Virus genome (UHGV): UHGV-0135963
Source: a virus
DNA length: 42,177 bases
Reading direction: 5' to 3' (one strand)
The notes beneath the pieces are model-generated. The model ran no database searches and was not told where the DNA came from. It saw only the letters and a program-made list of their open reading frames with translations. The position numbers and the translations under genes are program-made. Shown here in pieces: positions 1 to 9,678 of the stretch. Each line of letters begins with the position of its first letter. Positions within the stretch are counted from its first letter, which is position 1.

Positions 1-49
1 GCCACTATTCTAGTTGTTCTTAACTGGCTGATATTGATTCAAATCGTGT

Positions 50-2782
50 TCAGGTCTTTCTTATTAACCATGCTTCCAGAGCGGCAACACTGCGTGTAAT
101 TTCTTCGTGTGGAAGGGGGGCAGATAATGGCTGCTGCTCCAGTTGTGCGCATAGCTGGCTGGCGCTACGCATTCCCAGACTCGAGCAACTGCTTTTTAGC
201 TGATGCGCGGCACGCTTTATTTTCTCGCTATCCTCACTGGCGCGGGCAATGTCGATGTCATCGAGAAGCGGCAGGGCATGTTGTGTAAATAATACCAGCC
301 ATTCGTGGATCTTCTCCGTCCCCATTAACTGAGCATCTTCATTGAGTTGCGATACATCCAGCGGTTGTTCGTTATTAGCTGGCAGTTGGAGATAGTGCGC
401 CAGTAACTGACCGAGCACTTCACGCGGCACCGGTTTAGGGATAATCCCGCGAAATAGCGAACTGGTACGCTGGCGCAACGTTTCGTCGATGACATGGGCG
501 CTAAAGCCAATCAAAACCAGCGACGGATATTGCTGTGCCAGTTGTCGGGCAAGCGTAATGCCGTCGATATCCGGTAGATCAAAATCCACCAGTGCGGCAG
601 CAAACGGTTCGCTATTTTGCAGTGCCTCTAAAGCCTGCGCGGCATTGCCAACAGCAACGACCTGCGCACCACTGTTGTTCAGCATCTCAACGGTAATTCG
701 CTGGGTTAGCGGGTTATCTTCAATTAACAGCAAACGTAAACCGTGCAGACACACCGCCTGATTGACTGTTTTTGGCACGGGGGCAGTGGCAACACGTAAC
801 GGCAAGCGTAAACAAAAACAGCTTCCAACCTCCGGTGTGCTGGTGGCGCTCAGTTCGCCGCCCATCGCCTGGGCCAGACGGCTACTGATAGTCAGCCCCA
901 GCCCGGTGCCGCCGCGTTTGCCGCTAACCTGAACAAATGGCTGGAAGATTTCAGCCAGTTTCGTGGGATCAATACCGCAGCCGCTGTCTTCCACTTCGAC
1001 CAGCCATTGTTCGCCATCAGTGCGACTACGCAGGATAATGTGCCCTTCGTCGGTGAAACGCAGAGCGTTGCTCAACAGGTTGGTAATGACCTGACGAATA
1101 CGCCGCGGATCGCCCATTAACGCAGTCGGTACATCGTCGGCAATTTCTGTTGCCAGGTGAATCGGGCGACCTTTCACCCGTCCGCTCATTAATTGCAGGG
1201 TACTTTCCAGCAGCGGGCGCGGTTCAAAGGGTTCATCGCTGACCGAAACATTCTTGCCGCCTGCTTCGATAGCCGAATAATCGAGAATATCGTTGAGGAT
1301 GGTCAGCAACGATTCACCAGAGTCAGTAATTGCGCGCAAATCATCGCGCTGGGCGTTAAGTGCGGGGTTATCTGCCAGCAGCTGTGCGGTGCCGAGAATA
1401 CCGTACAGCGGTGTGCGGATCTCATGGCTCATCGCCGCCAGAAACGCCGATTTTGCCTGGCTGGCTTTTTCTGCTTCCGCCCGTGCCTGTCGGTGTTCTA
1501 TCACCAGTTCCTGCAATTCAGCTGTACGCGCTTTGACCTGTGCCGCCAGCTGTTCGCGGTGGCGATTCAGTGCATGAACACTGCTGCGAAACGCATCCAT
1601 CAGCCGCCCGATGGTGTCCAGCTCCCGCACGCCAGCGGTTTCCGGAAAAGGGGAGTCGATATCACCGTCCAGTAAGCGTTGCAGCGCCTGCGTTTGTTCG
1701 GCAAGTGGACGCGTGACTGAGCGATAAACCACGCGCCAGAGGATCAGAATCAGTGCGCAAAGTGAAACCATCCCCAGCAATAACAGGCTGTACTGCCCGC
1801 GTGCACTGGCTTTTTCCAGATGCGCCAGACCGTGCTGATTACGCAGCTCAATGGTGTCGACCAGTTGACTGACTTCGCTACTAAACTGCGCGAACTGGGC
1901 GATGTTATTTTGCGTGAGAGTTTGCAGGCGATGACTGATTTCACTGTCCTGCTGATACAGCGCCAGCAAATCGCTATATTGGCTAACGGAAGTTAACGTT
2001 GTTGCAACCTGAGCACGAACTCCCGGATCTTCAATGCGTATTTGCCGACGTTGCAGAATTTTCACCGCATTATTGAGCTGCTTTTCCAGCGTTGGCGCAT
2101 TTTTCTGGATCTGTTCCAGCCCCAGATTCATCACCATTTGCTGCACCCGCAGGGCGCTAAGGCGCAGTTCATTCATCTGGTTAACATACTCAAGATCGAT
2201 ATCAATCAGCCGATCGAGTGCACTTTCTGCGGCCTGACGCTGATGTTGTTCGATCAAATCGTAAATCCCGGCCTGGGTCGCTCCGGCGGAGGTTGCCGCA
2301 TTATTCGCCTGACCTTGCGCCAGGCGTGCGATCTCATCGGCGGCGGCGACTATCTGCTGACTGAGTCGCTGTTGTTGCTGGCGCAGTTGCAAACGCTGCC
2401 CCACCAGTTCCCCTTGCTGACGTAACGAACGGGAGATCTCCTGCTCCTGTTGTTCAATAGCGGTGGTATCAAAACCTTGTTCCCGTAACGCTTGCAGCAA
2501 CGCATTAATCTTCAGGCTTTGTGCGGTGAGCATTCGCCCCTGCGCCTGCCACATCTTTTCGTTATCGGCACTGGTCAGGTTCTGCGCGGCGAAAAGTTCC
2601 CAGGCGCTGGCTTCGCTCAACTGGCGCGCCATATTCATGGTAGGAATCAATGCCTGAGTGTTGTCTTTTTCCACCTGGCTGATAAAGCGCAGGTTGTACC
2701 ATCCCACCAGGGTACTGGTCAGGGTTAACAGCGCCATCAGGGCAAAGCCCATCCAGAGTCTTCGGGTCAGGGTTAAATTCAC
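50..2782 (-). CDS. torS: TMAO-responsive hybrid sensor histidine kinase TorS (host gene)
   Basis: 910-aa ORF. N-terminal TM/periplasmic region, H-box (SHEIRTPL), HATPase G-boxes, receiver domain (LLLIEDNPL...DFDLPDIDG) and C-terminal HPt domain. N-terminus [19 protein letters not shown] matches my memory of E. coli TorS. Confidence 0.93.
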   Translation of the reverse strand: MNLTLTRRLWMGFALMALLTLTSTLVGWYNLRFISQVEKDNTQALIPTMNMARQLSEASAWELFAAQNLTSADNEKMWQAQGRMLTAQSLKINALLQALREQGFDTTAIEQQEQEISRSLRQQGELVGQRLQLRQQQQRLSQQIVAAADEIARLAQGQANNAATSAGATQAGIYDLIEQHQRQAAESALDRLIDIDLEYVNQMNELRLSALRVQQMVMNLGLEQIQKNAPTLEKQLNNAVKILQRRQIRIEDPGVRAQVATTLTSVSQYSDLLALYQQDSEISHRLQTLTQNNIAQFAQFSSEVSQLVDTIELRNQHGLAHLEKASARGQYSLLLLGMVSLCALILILWRVVYRSVTRPLAEQTQALQRLLDGDIDSPFPETAGVRELDTIGRLMDAFRSSVHALNRHREQLAAQVKARTAELQELVIEHRQARAEAEKASQAKSAFLAAMSHEIRTPLYGILGTAQLLADNPALNAQRDDLRAITDSGESLLTILNDILDYSAIEAGGKNVSVSDEPFEPRPLLESTLQLMSGRVKGRPIHLATEIADDVPTALMGDPRRIRQVITNLLSNALRFTDEGHIILRSRTDGEQWLVEVEDSGCGIDPTKLAEIFQPFVQVSGKRGGTGLGLTISSRLAQAMGGELSATSTPEVGSCFCLRLPLRVATAPVPKTVNQAVCLHGLRLLLIEDNPLTQRITVEMLNNSGAQVVAVGNAAQALEALQNSEPFAAALVDFDLPDIDGITLARQLAQQYPSLVLIGFSAHVIDETLRQRTSSLFRGIIPKPVPREVLGQLLAHYLQLPANNEQPLDVSQLNEDAQLMGTEKIHEWLVLFTQHALPLLDDIDIARASEDSEKIKRAAHQLKSSCSSLGMRSASQLCAQLEQQPLSAPLPHEEITRSVAALEAWLIRKT

Positions 2783-2789
2783 GGTCGGT

Positions 2790-2880
2790 GCACTTAAGGT
2801 GAATAAGTTGTATATTTAAAATATCTTTTGTTATCAATGAATTAATGTAAGCAGGTCATTATTAGTCAAAATAAAATCAT
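2790..2880. other. attL (B-O-P') attachment junction with Int arm-type sites
   Basis: Sequence upstream of the int stop (caggtcattattagtcaaaataaaatcatttgtcgatttcaattttgtccca) closely parallels the lambda attP P' arm with three arm-type repeats (AGGTCATTAT, TAGTCAAAAT, AAATCATTTG). The core is probably near ggtgaataagttgta (about 2800..2815). Exact core boundary not determined. Confidence 0.6.
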
Positions 2881-3950
2881 TTGTCGATTTCAATTTTGTC
2901 CCATTCCCGTCCACGGCTGTCCCTATACCGCGCCGCCATTGAATCTGATTTATGCCCGAGAAGACGTTGAGCAAACTTATCGCCAATCTGGTTCCGGTAT
3001 AGCCTCGCTGACAGGCTACGCAGTTCATGGAATGTTGGCGGGTTTCCATCAAATGAGAGTCCAGATGCATTTCTCGCCTTTGTAAAATACTTTGATACTG
3101 TTTTCGGGGAAAGCGGATCGTGATGCTTTGATGCGATTATAGTTTCACTGCTGCTGGCCTCCCTGCATTTCTGTAGTGTATCAGCCAATGAGATATTGAG
3201 CGCGTCAATCGTTAGCGTTAGCGGAATGGCGAGTTTAGCCCCTGTTTTACTCTGTTCAATGTGAAGATGGTTGTCGTTTATGTCTGACCATTTCATTCTG
3301 CACAAATCGCCGACTCTCTGCCCTGTAACGACGGCCAAATCCATCGCCAGCCTTAGCCAGATAGGGAGAGGTTCGGCTGCATGGTAAATCTCGACATACT
3401 CATTAGCTGTCAGCCTTGAGCGCCTTACTTCTGACTTTGCTGTACGGGTTGCTGTTACCGGATTCGTTGCCACATGCCCCTCGGCTATTGCTTCACGAAA
3501 AACGTCAACAAGGGTTGACCTGATTAATTTTGCGGAAGCTGCTTTACCTTCCGCTACGTAGGTGTTTAGCATTGCTGCCACATCTTTCGTTGATATGTCA
3601 GTGAGCGGTTTGTCCGGCAATTTTCTTCGGATTGCCCTGATTTTGCTGGCGTAGTCGAGTAGAGTTTTCGGCCTGATCCCCCTTTCGGTGAGGATTCTTT
3701 CATATCGGTCAAGCCACACATGAAGAGTGATTGCGTCACCGCCTTTAATTCTGTCTATCAGTGATTTGCGTCCGCTGTCTGAGAGTAACTCAATATTGGC
3801 CTGTATTGCTTCAGTGATTGCTATCCTCCTGTCTCGGCCTAATCCAAACTCTTTACCCGTCCTTGGGTCCCTGTAGCAGTAATATCCATTGTTTCTTATA
3901 TAAAGGTTAGGGGGTAAATCCCGGCGCTCATGACTTCGCCTTCTTCCCAT
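2877..3950 (-). CDS. int: Tyrosine integrase, lambda Int family
   Basis: 357 aa; N-terminus MGRRRSHERRDLPPNLYIRNNGYYCYRDPRTGKEFGLGRDRRIA is near-identical to lambda Int as I recall it. C-terminal catalytic region (HELRSLSARLY) conserved. Stop overlaps the P' arm. Confidence 0.93.
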   Translation of the reverse strand: MGRRRSHERRDLPPNLYIRNNGYYCYRDPRTGKEFGLGRDRRIAITEAIQANIELLSDSGRKSLIDRIKGGDAITLHVWLDRYERILTERGIRPKTLLDYASKIRAIRRKLPDKPLTDISTKDVAAMLNTYVAEGKAASAKLIRSTLVDVFREAIAEGHVATNPVTATRTAKSEVRRSRLTANEYVEIYHAAEPLPIWLRLAMDLAVVTGQRVGDLCRMKWSDINDNHLHIEQSKTGAKLAIPLTLTIDALNISLADTLQKCREASSSETIIASKHHDPLSPKTVSKYFTKARNASGLSFDGNPPTFHELRSLSARLYRNQIGDKFAQRLLGHKSDSMAARYRDSRGREWDKIEIDK

Positions 3951-4146
3951 TTCTGATCCTCTTCAAAAGGCTACCTGTTACTGGTCGATTTAAGTCAACC
4001 TTTACCGCTGATTCGTGGAACAAATACTCTCTTCCATCCTTAACCGGAGGAGGGAATATCCTGCACTCGCGTACCCATCGACGAACTGTTTCAAGGCTTC
4101 TTGGACGTCGCTGGCGTGCGTTCCACTCCTGAAGTGTCAAGTACAT
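3928..4146 (-). CDS. xis: Excisionase Xis
   Basis: 72 aa MYLTLQEWNARQRRPRSLETVRRWVRECRIFPPPVKDGREYLFHESAVKVDLNRP... matches lambda Xis as recalled. Overlaps the int start as in lambda. Confidence 0.9.
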   Translation of the reverse strand: MYLTLQEWNARQRRPRSLETVRRWVRECRIFPPPVKDGREYLFHESAVKVDLNRPVTGSLLKRIRNGKKAKS

Positions 4147-4172
4147 CGCAAAGTCTCCGCAATTACACGCAA

Positions 4173-4195
4173 GAAAAAACCGCCATCAGGCGGCT
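4173..4195 (-). terminator. Candidate intrinsic terminator (stem CCGCC/GGCGG followed by U-run on minus strand) between orf55 and xis
   Basis: Plus strand aaaaaaccgccatcaggcggctt. On the minus strand this is a GC hairpin followed by TTTTTT. Hairpin overlaps the stop of the upstream small ORF. Confidence 0.4.
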
Positions 4196-4353
4196 TGGTG
4201 TTCTTTCAGTTCTTCAATTCGAATATTGGTTACGTCTGCATGTGCTATCTGCGCCCACAGCATCCAGTGGTCATAGCAGTCATTGATGTTCTCTGCTTCG
4301 ATAACTCTGTTGAATGGTTCTCCATTCCATTCACCTGTGACTCGGAAGTGCAT
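4186..4353 (-). CDS. Small conserved phage protein (55 aa, lambda b-region orf55-like)
   Basis: Hand-translated ORF MHFRVTGEWNGEPFNRVIEAENINDCYDHWMLWAQIAHADVTNIRIEELKEHQAA. Below the 60-aa cutoff of the ORF track. Position corresponds to the small ORF next to xis in lambda. Confidence 0.45.
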   Translation of the reverse strand: MHFRVTGEWNGEPFNRVIEAENINDCYDHWMLWAQIAHADVTNIRIEELKEHQAA

Positions 4354-4441
4354 TTATCATCTCCATAAAACAAAACTCGCCGTAGCGAGTTCAGATAAAA
4401 GAAATCCCCGCGAGTGCGAGGATTGTTATGTAATATTGGGT

Positions 4442-4723
4442 TTAATCATCTATATGTTTTGTACAGAGAGGGCAAGTATCGTTTCCACCGTACTCGTGAT
4501 AATAATTTTGCACGGTATCAGTCATTTCTCGCACATTGCAGAATGGGGATTTGTCTTCAGTAGACTTATAAACCTTCATGGAATATTTGTATGCCGACTC
4601 TATATCTATACCTTCATCTACATAAACACCTTCGTGATGTCTGCATGGAGACAAGACACCGGATCTGCACAACATTGATAACGCCCAATCTTTTTGCTCA
4701 GACTCTAACTCATTGATACGCAT
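4442..4723 (-). CDS. Ea8.5-like cysteine-rich protein (putative zinc-binding)
   Basis: 93 aa with Cys/His cluster (C19, C27, HH, FCNV, CPLC). Size and position match lambda Ea8.5. Identity recalled, not verified. Confidence 0.55.
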   Translation of the reverse strand: MRINELESEQKDWALSMLCRSGVLSPCRHHEGVYVDEGIDIESAYKYSMKVYKSTEDKSPFCNVREMTDTVQNYYHEYGGNDTCPLCTKHIDD

Positions 4724-4914
4724 TTATAAACTCCTTGCAATGTATGTCGTTTCAGCTAAACGGTATCAGCAATGTTTATGTAAAGAAACAGTAAGATAAT
4801 ACTCAACCCGATGTTTGAGTACGGTCATCATCTAACACTACAGACTCTGGCATCGCTGTGAAGACGACGCGAAATTCAGCATTTTCACAAGCGTTATCTT
4901 TTACAAAACCGATC

Positions 4915-5607
4915 TCACTCTCCTTTGATGCGAATGCCAGCGGCACGGGAATCATTCCATCGCTTTACTTCTTCACGAATTACGTCAATGCATTCTTTCG
5001 AATCCATTAGGTAATCTTCATCAAAAAGCCTTTCCTGTTCGTTTTCTATCGCAACAATGATTGCTTCAACTAACTTTTGTGCCTGAGAACCACTTTCTAA
5101 CTCTGCAATGCGCTTCTCTGCGGCTTCCAGCTTCTCGCGCATATCGTCAACGTACTCGACCAGAGATCCGCCAGCAGGAATTTCGCACTCCTCGACCAGT
5201 TGGAAGTAGATATCAGCTGCGGCCCGTGTGTTGCTATGCCTAGCGTCGCCCATCTCACCTTCACGAAGAGCATCGCGTTCGGCGGTAAGATTGGCTATCT
5301 TGCTGTCTTTGCCTTCCAGTTCAACGCGCAGCTTCCCTACCGTTAGCGCAATATCCTCGTTCTCCTGGTCACGGCGTTTTATGTATTGCTGGTTTCTTTC
5401 CCGTTCATCCAGTAGTGCCAAAGCAATCTTTGGATTAAAGGCAGCAATAAATTCAGCGTTGTTTTTCAGAACGTGTTGCGCAATGGCCTGACTACTTAGT
5501 CGGACCTCATAACCACGTGCGCCACGGTGTGGTTTATATGAGTCCCAGTCTCCCCACGTTGCTTTCTCTGCCGCCTCACGCAGTGCCTGATAGTCAATCT
5601 TGCTCAT
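4915..5607 (-). CDS. Ead/Ea22-like protein
   Basis: 230 aa, acidic with coiled-coil segments. Position downstream of ea8.5. 4-bp start/stop overlap with the upstream gene. Confidence 0.55.
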   Translation of the reverse strand: MSKIDYQALREAAEKATWGDWDSYKPHRGARGYEVRLSSQAIAQHVLKNNAEFIAAFNPKIALALLDERERNQQYIKRRDQENEDIALTVGKLRVELEGKDSKIANLTAERDALREGEMGDARHSNTRAAADIYFQLVEECEIPAGGSLVEYVDDMREKLEAAEKRIAELESGSQAQKLVEAIIVAIENEQERLFDEDYLMDSKECIDVIREEVKRWNDSRAAGIRIKGE

Positions 5608-6146
5608 TGGATGACTCCTTTACGAAGCTGTTCTGCGATATCTTCGAGAACGCCATCAGAGAATGAACGGTCAAAATCGCCTTCCGGCGCATTGGCCATA
5701 AACTCAGTAGAGGTAAGAATCATCCGGGCAATATCCGCAGCGTTCTTCGCAGTATCATCAATAAAACCAGCTTTCCAGGCTGCCAACATTCTGTTCGCCA
5801 CAAAATAAGCGCCTTCCTTGCGTGCTTCAGTCTTCCCTTCAGCCAGGAAAGCATCGGTGGCAGGGGTCCCTTCAACCTTCAGCCCTATAGGGGCCAGGTA
5901 ATCCTTCAGACCAGCATTCTCAGCAGTCAGCGCCGCGCATTTAGCCTCAAGGTTATCAATCGTGATTCCAGCAGAACGACACTCCCGCAACGCCGTTTCC
6001 AGTTTTGATTCAAGTTCACCGAACTTACGCACCAGATATTCAGTGTTTGTTTCGTTCACCTTTAAATCTCGGGGGATGCATTTACCTTTCAGAAAACCAT
6101 CCATCTCAATTAGTGACATTTGTTTCATTTCTTCCAACTCCGCCAC
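5604..6146 (-). CDS. Hypothetical phage protein (180 aa)
   Basis: Long ORF in the same orientation as the PL operon, with coupled stop/start to neighbours. Confidence 0.55.
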   Translation of the reverse strand: MAELEEMKQMSLIEMDGFLKGKCIPRDLKVNETNTEYLVRKFGELESKLETALRECRSAGITIDNLEAKCAALTAENAGLKDYLAPIGLKVEGTPATDAFLAEGKTEARKEGAYFVANRMLAAWKAGFIDDTAKNAADIARMILTSTEFMANAPEGDFDRSFSDGVLEDIAEQLRKGVIQ

Positions 6147-6322
6147 ATCGCATTCAGATATTTGTTTTGATTTACTGACGGAAAAGAATTTCTCTTAAGC
6201 AATTCCTCTCTCGATGGCATTGGCTTTACGCGTTGGCGAATAATCATTTCTGCCGGAAGAATGCCGGGATTGTATGCAAGTCCTCTCATGGTAAATTCCT
6301 CAGTCATTACTGATAGCGCCAT
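6125..6322 (-). CDS. Hypothetical small protein (65 aa)
   Basis: ORF overlapping both neighbours by about 22 nt. Could be real operon packing or spurious. Confidence 0.3.
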   Translation of the reverse strand: MALSVMTEEFTMRGLAYNPGILPAEMIIRQRVKPMPSREELLKRNSFPSVNQNKYLNAMWRSWKK

Positions 6323-6596
6323 AGCGTGAGCGGTAATTACGCAGGCGCGGGTCGATATATTCAGGGAAGTGGTTATATGTGGCTTTGCGGAATGGTCGGA
6401 TTGATGTTTCGTTTATTCGGTCTTTTTCCTGTTTTTCTGCGAGTTGTATATCGCGTCGGTACATCCGTTCTGCTTTTGTTTCTGGTGTCAGAGCAAGAAA
6501 CGCGTCGAAATTGTTTTTGATATTTTCCAGCACCTCCGCCTTGGAGCTACCGGAACAGCGGCGCGGGTCATTCGCACCATACAGAGGCGCTGGCAT
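6300..6596 (-). CDS. Hypothetical phage protein (98 aa)
   Basis: ORF in operon orientation upstream of the recombination module. No recognisable motif. Confidence 0.5.
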   Translation of the reverse strand: MPAPLYGANDPRRCSGSSKAEVLENIKNNFDAFLALTPETKAERMYRRDIQLAEKQEKDRINETSIRPFRKATYNHFPEYIDPRLRNYRSRYGAISND

Positions 6597-6619
6597 AATG
6601 GAATCCTTATGTTGCTACT

Positions 6620-7003
6620 TTAGAAGGGAATTGAATCGTCGTATTCAGGATGATTTTGATGATTGCTACTTTGCTGCTGTTGGCTGTTTCCTGAAGTTGC
6701 AAATCCAATCTTTGCATTCAGTAATTCAAGAGTGATTGATTGACCATTTTGCCCCTGATAAACATCAACCCTGATGTTTTCTCCGGTAATTTCCACAATG
6801 CCACCTTCAACAAGAACACTACGGTAGTAATCCGCTTGCGCTCCAGGCTTGGCAAATACAACGGCGCTGTAGTTTGTCCATTCTTTCTTTTTTGTCTGGC
6901 GATCGTAATACTGAACGCCAGCACGGATGTTGAATCCGATATTTTCCCCTGCCTGAAACTCTCTTGCGGGCTTGTTTAGTCTTACAGTAATCGAATGTGC
7001 CAT
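6620..7003 (-). CDS. Single-stranded DNA-binding protein-like (OB fold with SSB-type acidic C-terminal tail)
   Basis: 127 aa. C-terminus ...QQQQSSNHQNHPEYDDSIPF carries the SSB tail motif D-D-x-I-P-F. Directly downstream of erf. Confidence 0.7.
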   Translation of the reverse strand: MAHSITVRLNKPAREFQAGENIGFNIRAGVQYYDRQTKKKEWTNYSAVVFAKPGAQADYYRSVLVEGGIVEITGENIRVDVYQGQNGQSITLELLNAKIGFATSGNSQQQQSSNHQNHPEYDDSIPF

Positions 7004-7608
7004 TAAGCAGCCGCTCCTTCTAATTCGTCTCGTCTGATGTTGTAAACGTCCTGCGCTTTGTGCTGCTCAGGTGTGCCTTCGAGCATCTTCCACGCTTTGG
7101 CGAACGCCTGTTTAAGCTCTTCTAAGGTGTTTTTCTGCATTGCTGCGTCAGTGAATGCTTTTAGAACCTGTTCAGGTGTAGGTGATGGTTTTGATTGCTT
7201 TGCTGCTGCGTTCTGCTGATGTTTATGCTCGTCGGTATCTGCATCTTTCGCATCATCAATGCCGAACAAACCATTGAGGCAATACTTGCGTGCATAAGAG
7301 CTTGTAGCTCCCGTAACTTGTGCAGAATCCATTCCTTTCTTGCTTTCTTCCTCTCGTGCAAGAGCGGTTGCTGTATGACTGTTTTCGCCATCGGTAATAG
7401 TTGCCGTGGCTTTCACGTAATACCGATCACCAATCAACACAACTTCATCGCTGATTGATAAAAACAGACCATTCAGTAACGGTTTAACGCCTTCAAGAAT
7501 ATCTTCGCAGCTTCTGTATTTATATTTACCGAATGAGTTGTACTGATTCTTTGGCGCGTTCAGATTTTCCTGAATAGCTGCCAGTCTTGCGTAAAATTCT
7601 TTGCTCAT
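7003..7608 (-). CDS. erf: Erf-family single-strand annealing recombinase
   Basis: MSKEFYARLAAIQENLNAPKNQYNSFGKYKYRSCEDILEGVKPLL matches P22 Erf as recalled. The ORF track extends 10 codons upstream (to 7638). I place the start at MSKEF. Confidence 0.8.
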   Translation of the reverse strand: MSKEFYARLAAIQENLNAPKNQYNSFGKYKYRSCEDILEGVKPLLNGLFLSISDEVVLIGDRYYVKATATITDGENSHTATALAREEESKKGMDSAQVTGATSSYARKYCLNGLFGIDDAKDADTDEHKHQQNAAAKQSKPSPTPEQVLKAFTDAAMQKNTLEELKQAFAKAWKMLEGTPEQHKAQDVYNIRRDELEGAAA

Positions 7609-7618
7609 ATGTTTGTTC

Positions 7619-7789
7619 TCAGAATGGACATGGCCCAAGGAAATAACGCTGATTTAATACTTCGACTCGGGACAAATTAAGGCATGCCCGCATTCCTTCG
7701 CGGTCGCCATTATGGCGATACCAGAGAGCTTTCTGCGTGTACATGCGTCTCTGTAACTTGCTCTCCTTCACTGTGGTTGCAAGTGACAT
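7619..7789 (-). CDS. Small ORF (56 aa), possible Arf-like accessory protein
   Basis: Hand-translated MSLATTVKESKLQRRMYTQKALWYRHNGDREG... Overlaps the neighbouring small ORF in another frame, so one of the two may be spurious. Confidence 0.25.
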   Translation of the reverse strand: MSLATTVKESKLQRRMYTQKALWYRHNGDREGMRACLNLSRVEVLNQRYFLGPCPF

Positions 7790-7868
7790 GAATATCTCCT
7801 TCGTTACCGATTAATTCTTTCATCTGACGAATGAATTCTTCGTCTGACCAGTTATCTGTAAAACTCAT
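7710..7868 (-). CDS. Small ORF (52 aa) translationally coupled to the kil-like gene
   Basis: Hand-translated MSFTDNWSDEEFIRQMKELIGNEGDIHVTC... Start ATG overlaps the upstream gene stop (ATGA). Confidence 0.35.
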   Translation of the reverse strand: MSFTDNWSDEEFIRQMKELIGNEGDIHVTCNHSEGEQVTETHVHAESSLVSP

Positions 7869-8017
7869 TTCCTGCGATACCACGGAAGATTGATGGCTGA
7901 TTTCATCGCTTTATTTGCTTCAAGCCACATTTTTGAATCACCAATAAATCTGGCTATTACTGCTTTGTTCTGTGCAGCACGAAGCATCTGGTGATTGATG
8001 GCTATTTCATTGCGCAT
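7865..8017 (-). CDS. kil: Kil-like small protein (50 aa)
   Basis: Hand-translated MRNEIAINHQMLRAAQNKAVIARFIGDSKMWLEANKAMKSAINLPWYRRK. Motif A-x-F-I-G-D-x-K-M resembles lambda Kil (recalled). Located between cIII and erf as in lambda/P22. Confidence 0.4.
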   Translation of the reverse strand: MRNEIAINHQMLRAAQNKAVIARFIGDSKMWLEANKAMKSAINLPWYRRK

Positions 8018-8133
8018 AATAAGACCTCAACTCTTTTCCATCCGTCACGTAATTTACGGGTGATTCGTTCAAGTAAAGATTCATTTAGTTGGAAGGCACC
8101 CATGCGAGCGCCTCCCGCGATTGCGTAAATCAT
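8002..8133 (-). CDS. cIII: CIII-like protease (FtsH) inhibitor
   Basis: Hand-translated MIYAIAGGARMGAFQLNESLLERITRKLRDGWKRVEVLLCAMK. Contains the conserved CIII core ESLLERITRKLRDGWKR. AAGGAA RBS upstream. Confidence 0.7.
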   Translation of the reverse strand: MIYAIAGGARMGAFQLNESLLERITRKLRDGWKRVEVLLCAMK

Positions 8134-8156
8134 GGGTGGTTCCTTATGTTGGTTTA

Positions 8157-9125
8157 TTAGTAGGTTATTTTTGTTGCGAATACTTCGCCTTTTACGATGG
8201 CTGTTATGATATTTTTAGCAACATCTTCTGATGCGCCAACCTTGATAAGGTCAGCAAGTATTTTGTTATTTACTTCTTTCCGGTGAGCTTTATCCTTTGC
8301 TCTACGCTCTTCTTCGTCCTTGATTCTTTTTTCTTCTGCTATTCTGGCTTGCTCTTTTGCTTCAGCCTCGCGCCGGATTCGTTCAGCCTCCTCCTGTGCT
8401 TTTCGGCGTTCTGCTTCAATTGCCGCATGCTTTTCTCTTTCAGCTCGTTCTGCTGCCTCTTTTGCTTCGCGCTGTGCTCGTTGCTCGGCTTCAATGCGTT
8501 CACGCTCTGCACGTTCCGCTGCGGCCCTAGCTTCTGCTTCTCGCCTTGCTGCTGCTTCAATTTCGGCTTTTGCCTTTGCTTCGGCTTCTGCTCTGGCTTT
8601 CTCTTCAGCTTCTCTTTTTAAGCGTTCTTCATGCTCTCGCTTTTCCTGCTCCGCTTTGAGTCTTGCCTCTTCTCTTTGGCGGTCAAATTCGCGATCCATC
8701 AAAATCGCTATTTCATGGTCAGACTCAATTTGCTTTGCGAGAGCTTCAGCTGCTGCCTTAGCTTCTTCTTCGGCTTTAATCCGCGCCTGTTCTTCCTCAT
8801 AATCAGTAAGAGGCTGGCGCGCCTTGGCTTTCAGTTCATCAAGGCGATCACGCACTGTCTTGCGGTTGGCATCAATTAGCTTTGGAATTTCCTTCAGTTC
8901 AGCAACAAGGTCTTTGCCAAGACCATCGAGATATGTTTTCGTCTGCGCAACTTTATACGCCAGAGAAGCGATCTCCTTTCTGCCCTTTGCCGTTGTGATA
9001 TCAGGCACAAAGGACATAACTTCACGTTCAACCTTTTGAAGGATTTCTTCAATCTGGTCGGCAGACTGAAATACAGTCATTGCATTTGCTTTTTCAATAA
9101 CAACTAAATCTGTTACTTCACTCAT
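8157..9125 (-). CDS. Highly charged E/K/A/R-rich coiled-coil protein (322 aa)
   Basis: Central about 180 residues are low-complexity AEEEAKAAAE/REAEAKA repeats. Globular N- and C-terminal ends. The DNA shows matching GC-rich periodic repeats. Confidence 0.6.
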   Translation of the reverse strand: MSEVTDLVVIEKANAMTVFQSADQIEEILQKVEREVMSFVPDITTAKGRKEIASLAYKVAQTKTYLDGLGKDLVAELKEIPKLIDANRKTVRDRLDELKAKARQPLTDYEEEQARIKAEEEAKAAAEALAKQIESDHEIAILMDREFDRQREEARLKAEQEKREHEERLKREAEEKARAEAEAKAKAEIEAAARREAEARAAAERAERERIEAEQRAQREAKEAAERAEREKHAAIEAERRKAQEEAERIRREAEAKEQARIAEEKRIKDEEERRAKDKAHRKEVNNKILADLIKVGASEDVAKNIITAIVKGEVFATKITY

Positions 9126-9159
9126 ATATCCTCCTTCGTTGTATTCTTTAAAAACGCCC

Positions 9160-9528
9160 TCAGGCGGCTTTGATAGTCATATCATCTGAATCAAATATTC
9201 CTGATGTATCGATATCGGTAATTCTTATTCCTTCGCTACCATCCATTGGAGGCCATCCTTCCTGACCATTTCCATCATTCCAGTCGAACTCACACACAAC
9301 ACCATATGCATTTAAGTCGCTTGAAATTGCTATAAGCAGAGCATGTTGCGCCAGCATGATTAATACAGCATTTAATACAGAGCCGTGTTTATTGAGTCGG
9401 TATTCAGAGTCTGACCAGAAATTATTAATCTGGTGAAGTTTTTCCTCTGTCATTACGTCATGGTCGATTTCAATTTCTATTGATGCTTTCCAGTCGTAAT
9501 CAATGATGTATTTTTTGATGTTTGACAT
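9160..9528 (-). CDS. Hypothetical protein (122 aa), possibly Ea10-like
   Basis: Size and position (upstream of cIII in the PL operon) match lambda ea10. Sequence identity not verified. AT-rich. Confidence 0.5.
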   Translation of the reverse strand: MSNIKKYIIDYDWKASIEIEIDHDVMTEEKLHQINNFWSDSEYRLNKHGSVLNAVLIMLAQHALLIAISSDLNAYGVVCEFDWNDGNGQEGWPPMDGSEGIRITDIDTSGIFDSDDMTIKAA

Positions 9529-9547
9529 CTATTCATATCCTCACAGA

Positions 9548-9585
9548 TAAAAAATCGCCCTCACATTGGAGGGCAAAGAAGATTT
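9548..9585 (-). terminator. Candidate intrinsic terminator within the PL operon
   Basis: Minus strand gccctccaatgtgagggc followed by gattttttat: 6-bp GC stem plus U-run, in the gap between the 156-aa and 122-aa genes. Confidence 0.4.
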
Positions 9586-9678
9586 CCAATAATCAGAACA
9601 AGTCGGCTCCTGTTTAGTTACGAGCGACATTGCTCCGTGTATTCACTCGTTGGAATGAATACACAGTGCTTATTCGTA

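Noticed and set aside
1193-2728. Multiple plus-strand ORFs (160, 94, 127, 78 aa)
   Set aside because: All lie within and antisense to torS, whose domain architecture is unambiguous.
4015-4368. 117-aa plus-strand ORF spanning xis to orf55
   Set aside because: Antisense to xis and the 55-aa conserved ORF; the plus strand here is the non-coding strand of the leftward operon.
8283-8879. Several plus-strand ORFs (112, 160, 82 aa) rich in Ser/Ala/Phe/Cys
   Set aside because: Artefacts of the repetitive GC-rich coding sequence of the minus-strand E/K/A/R-repeat gene read on the opposite strand.
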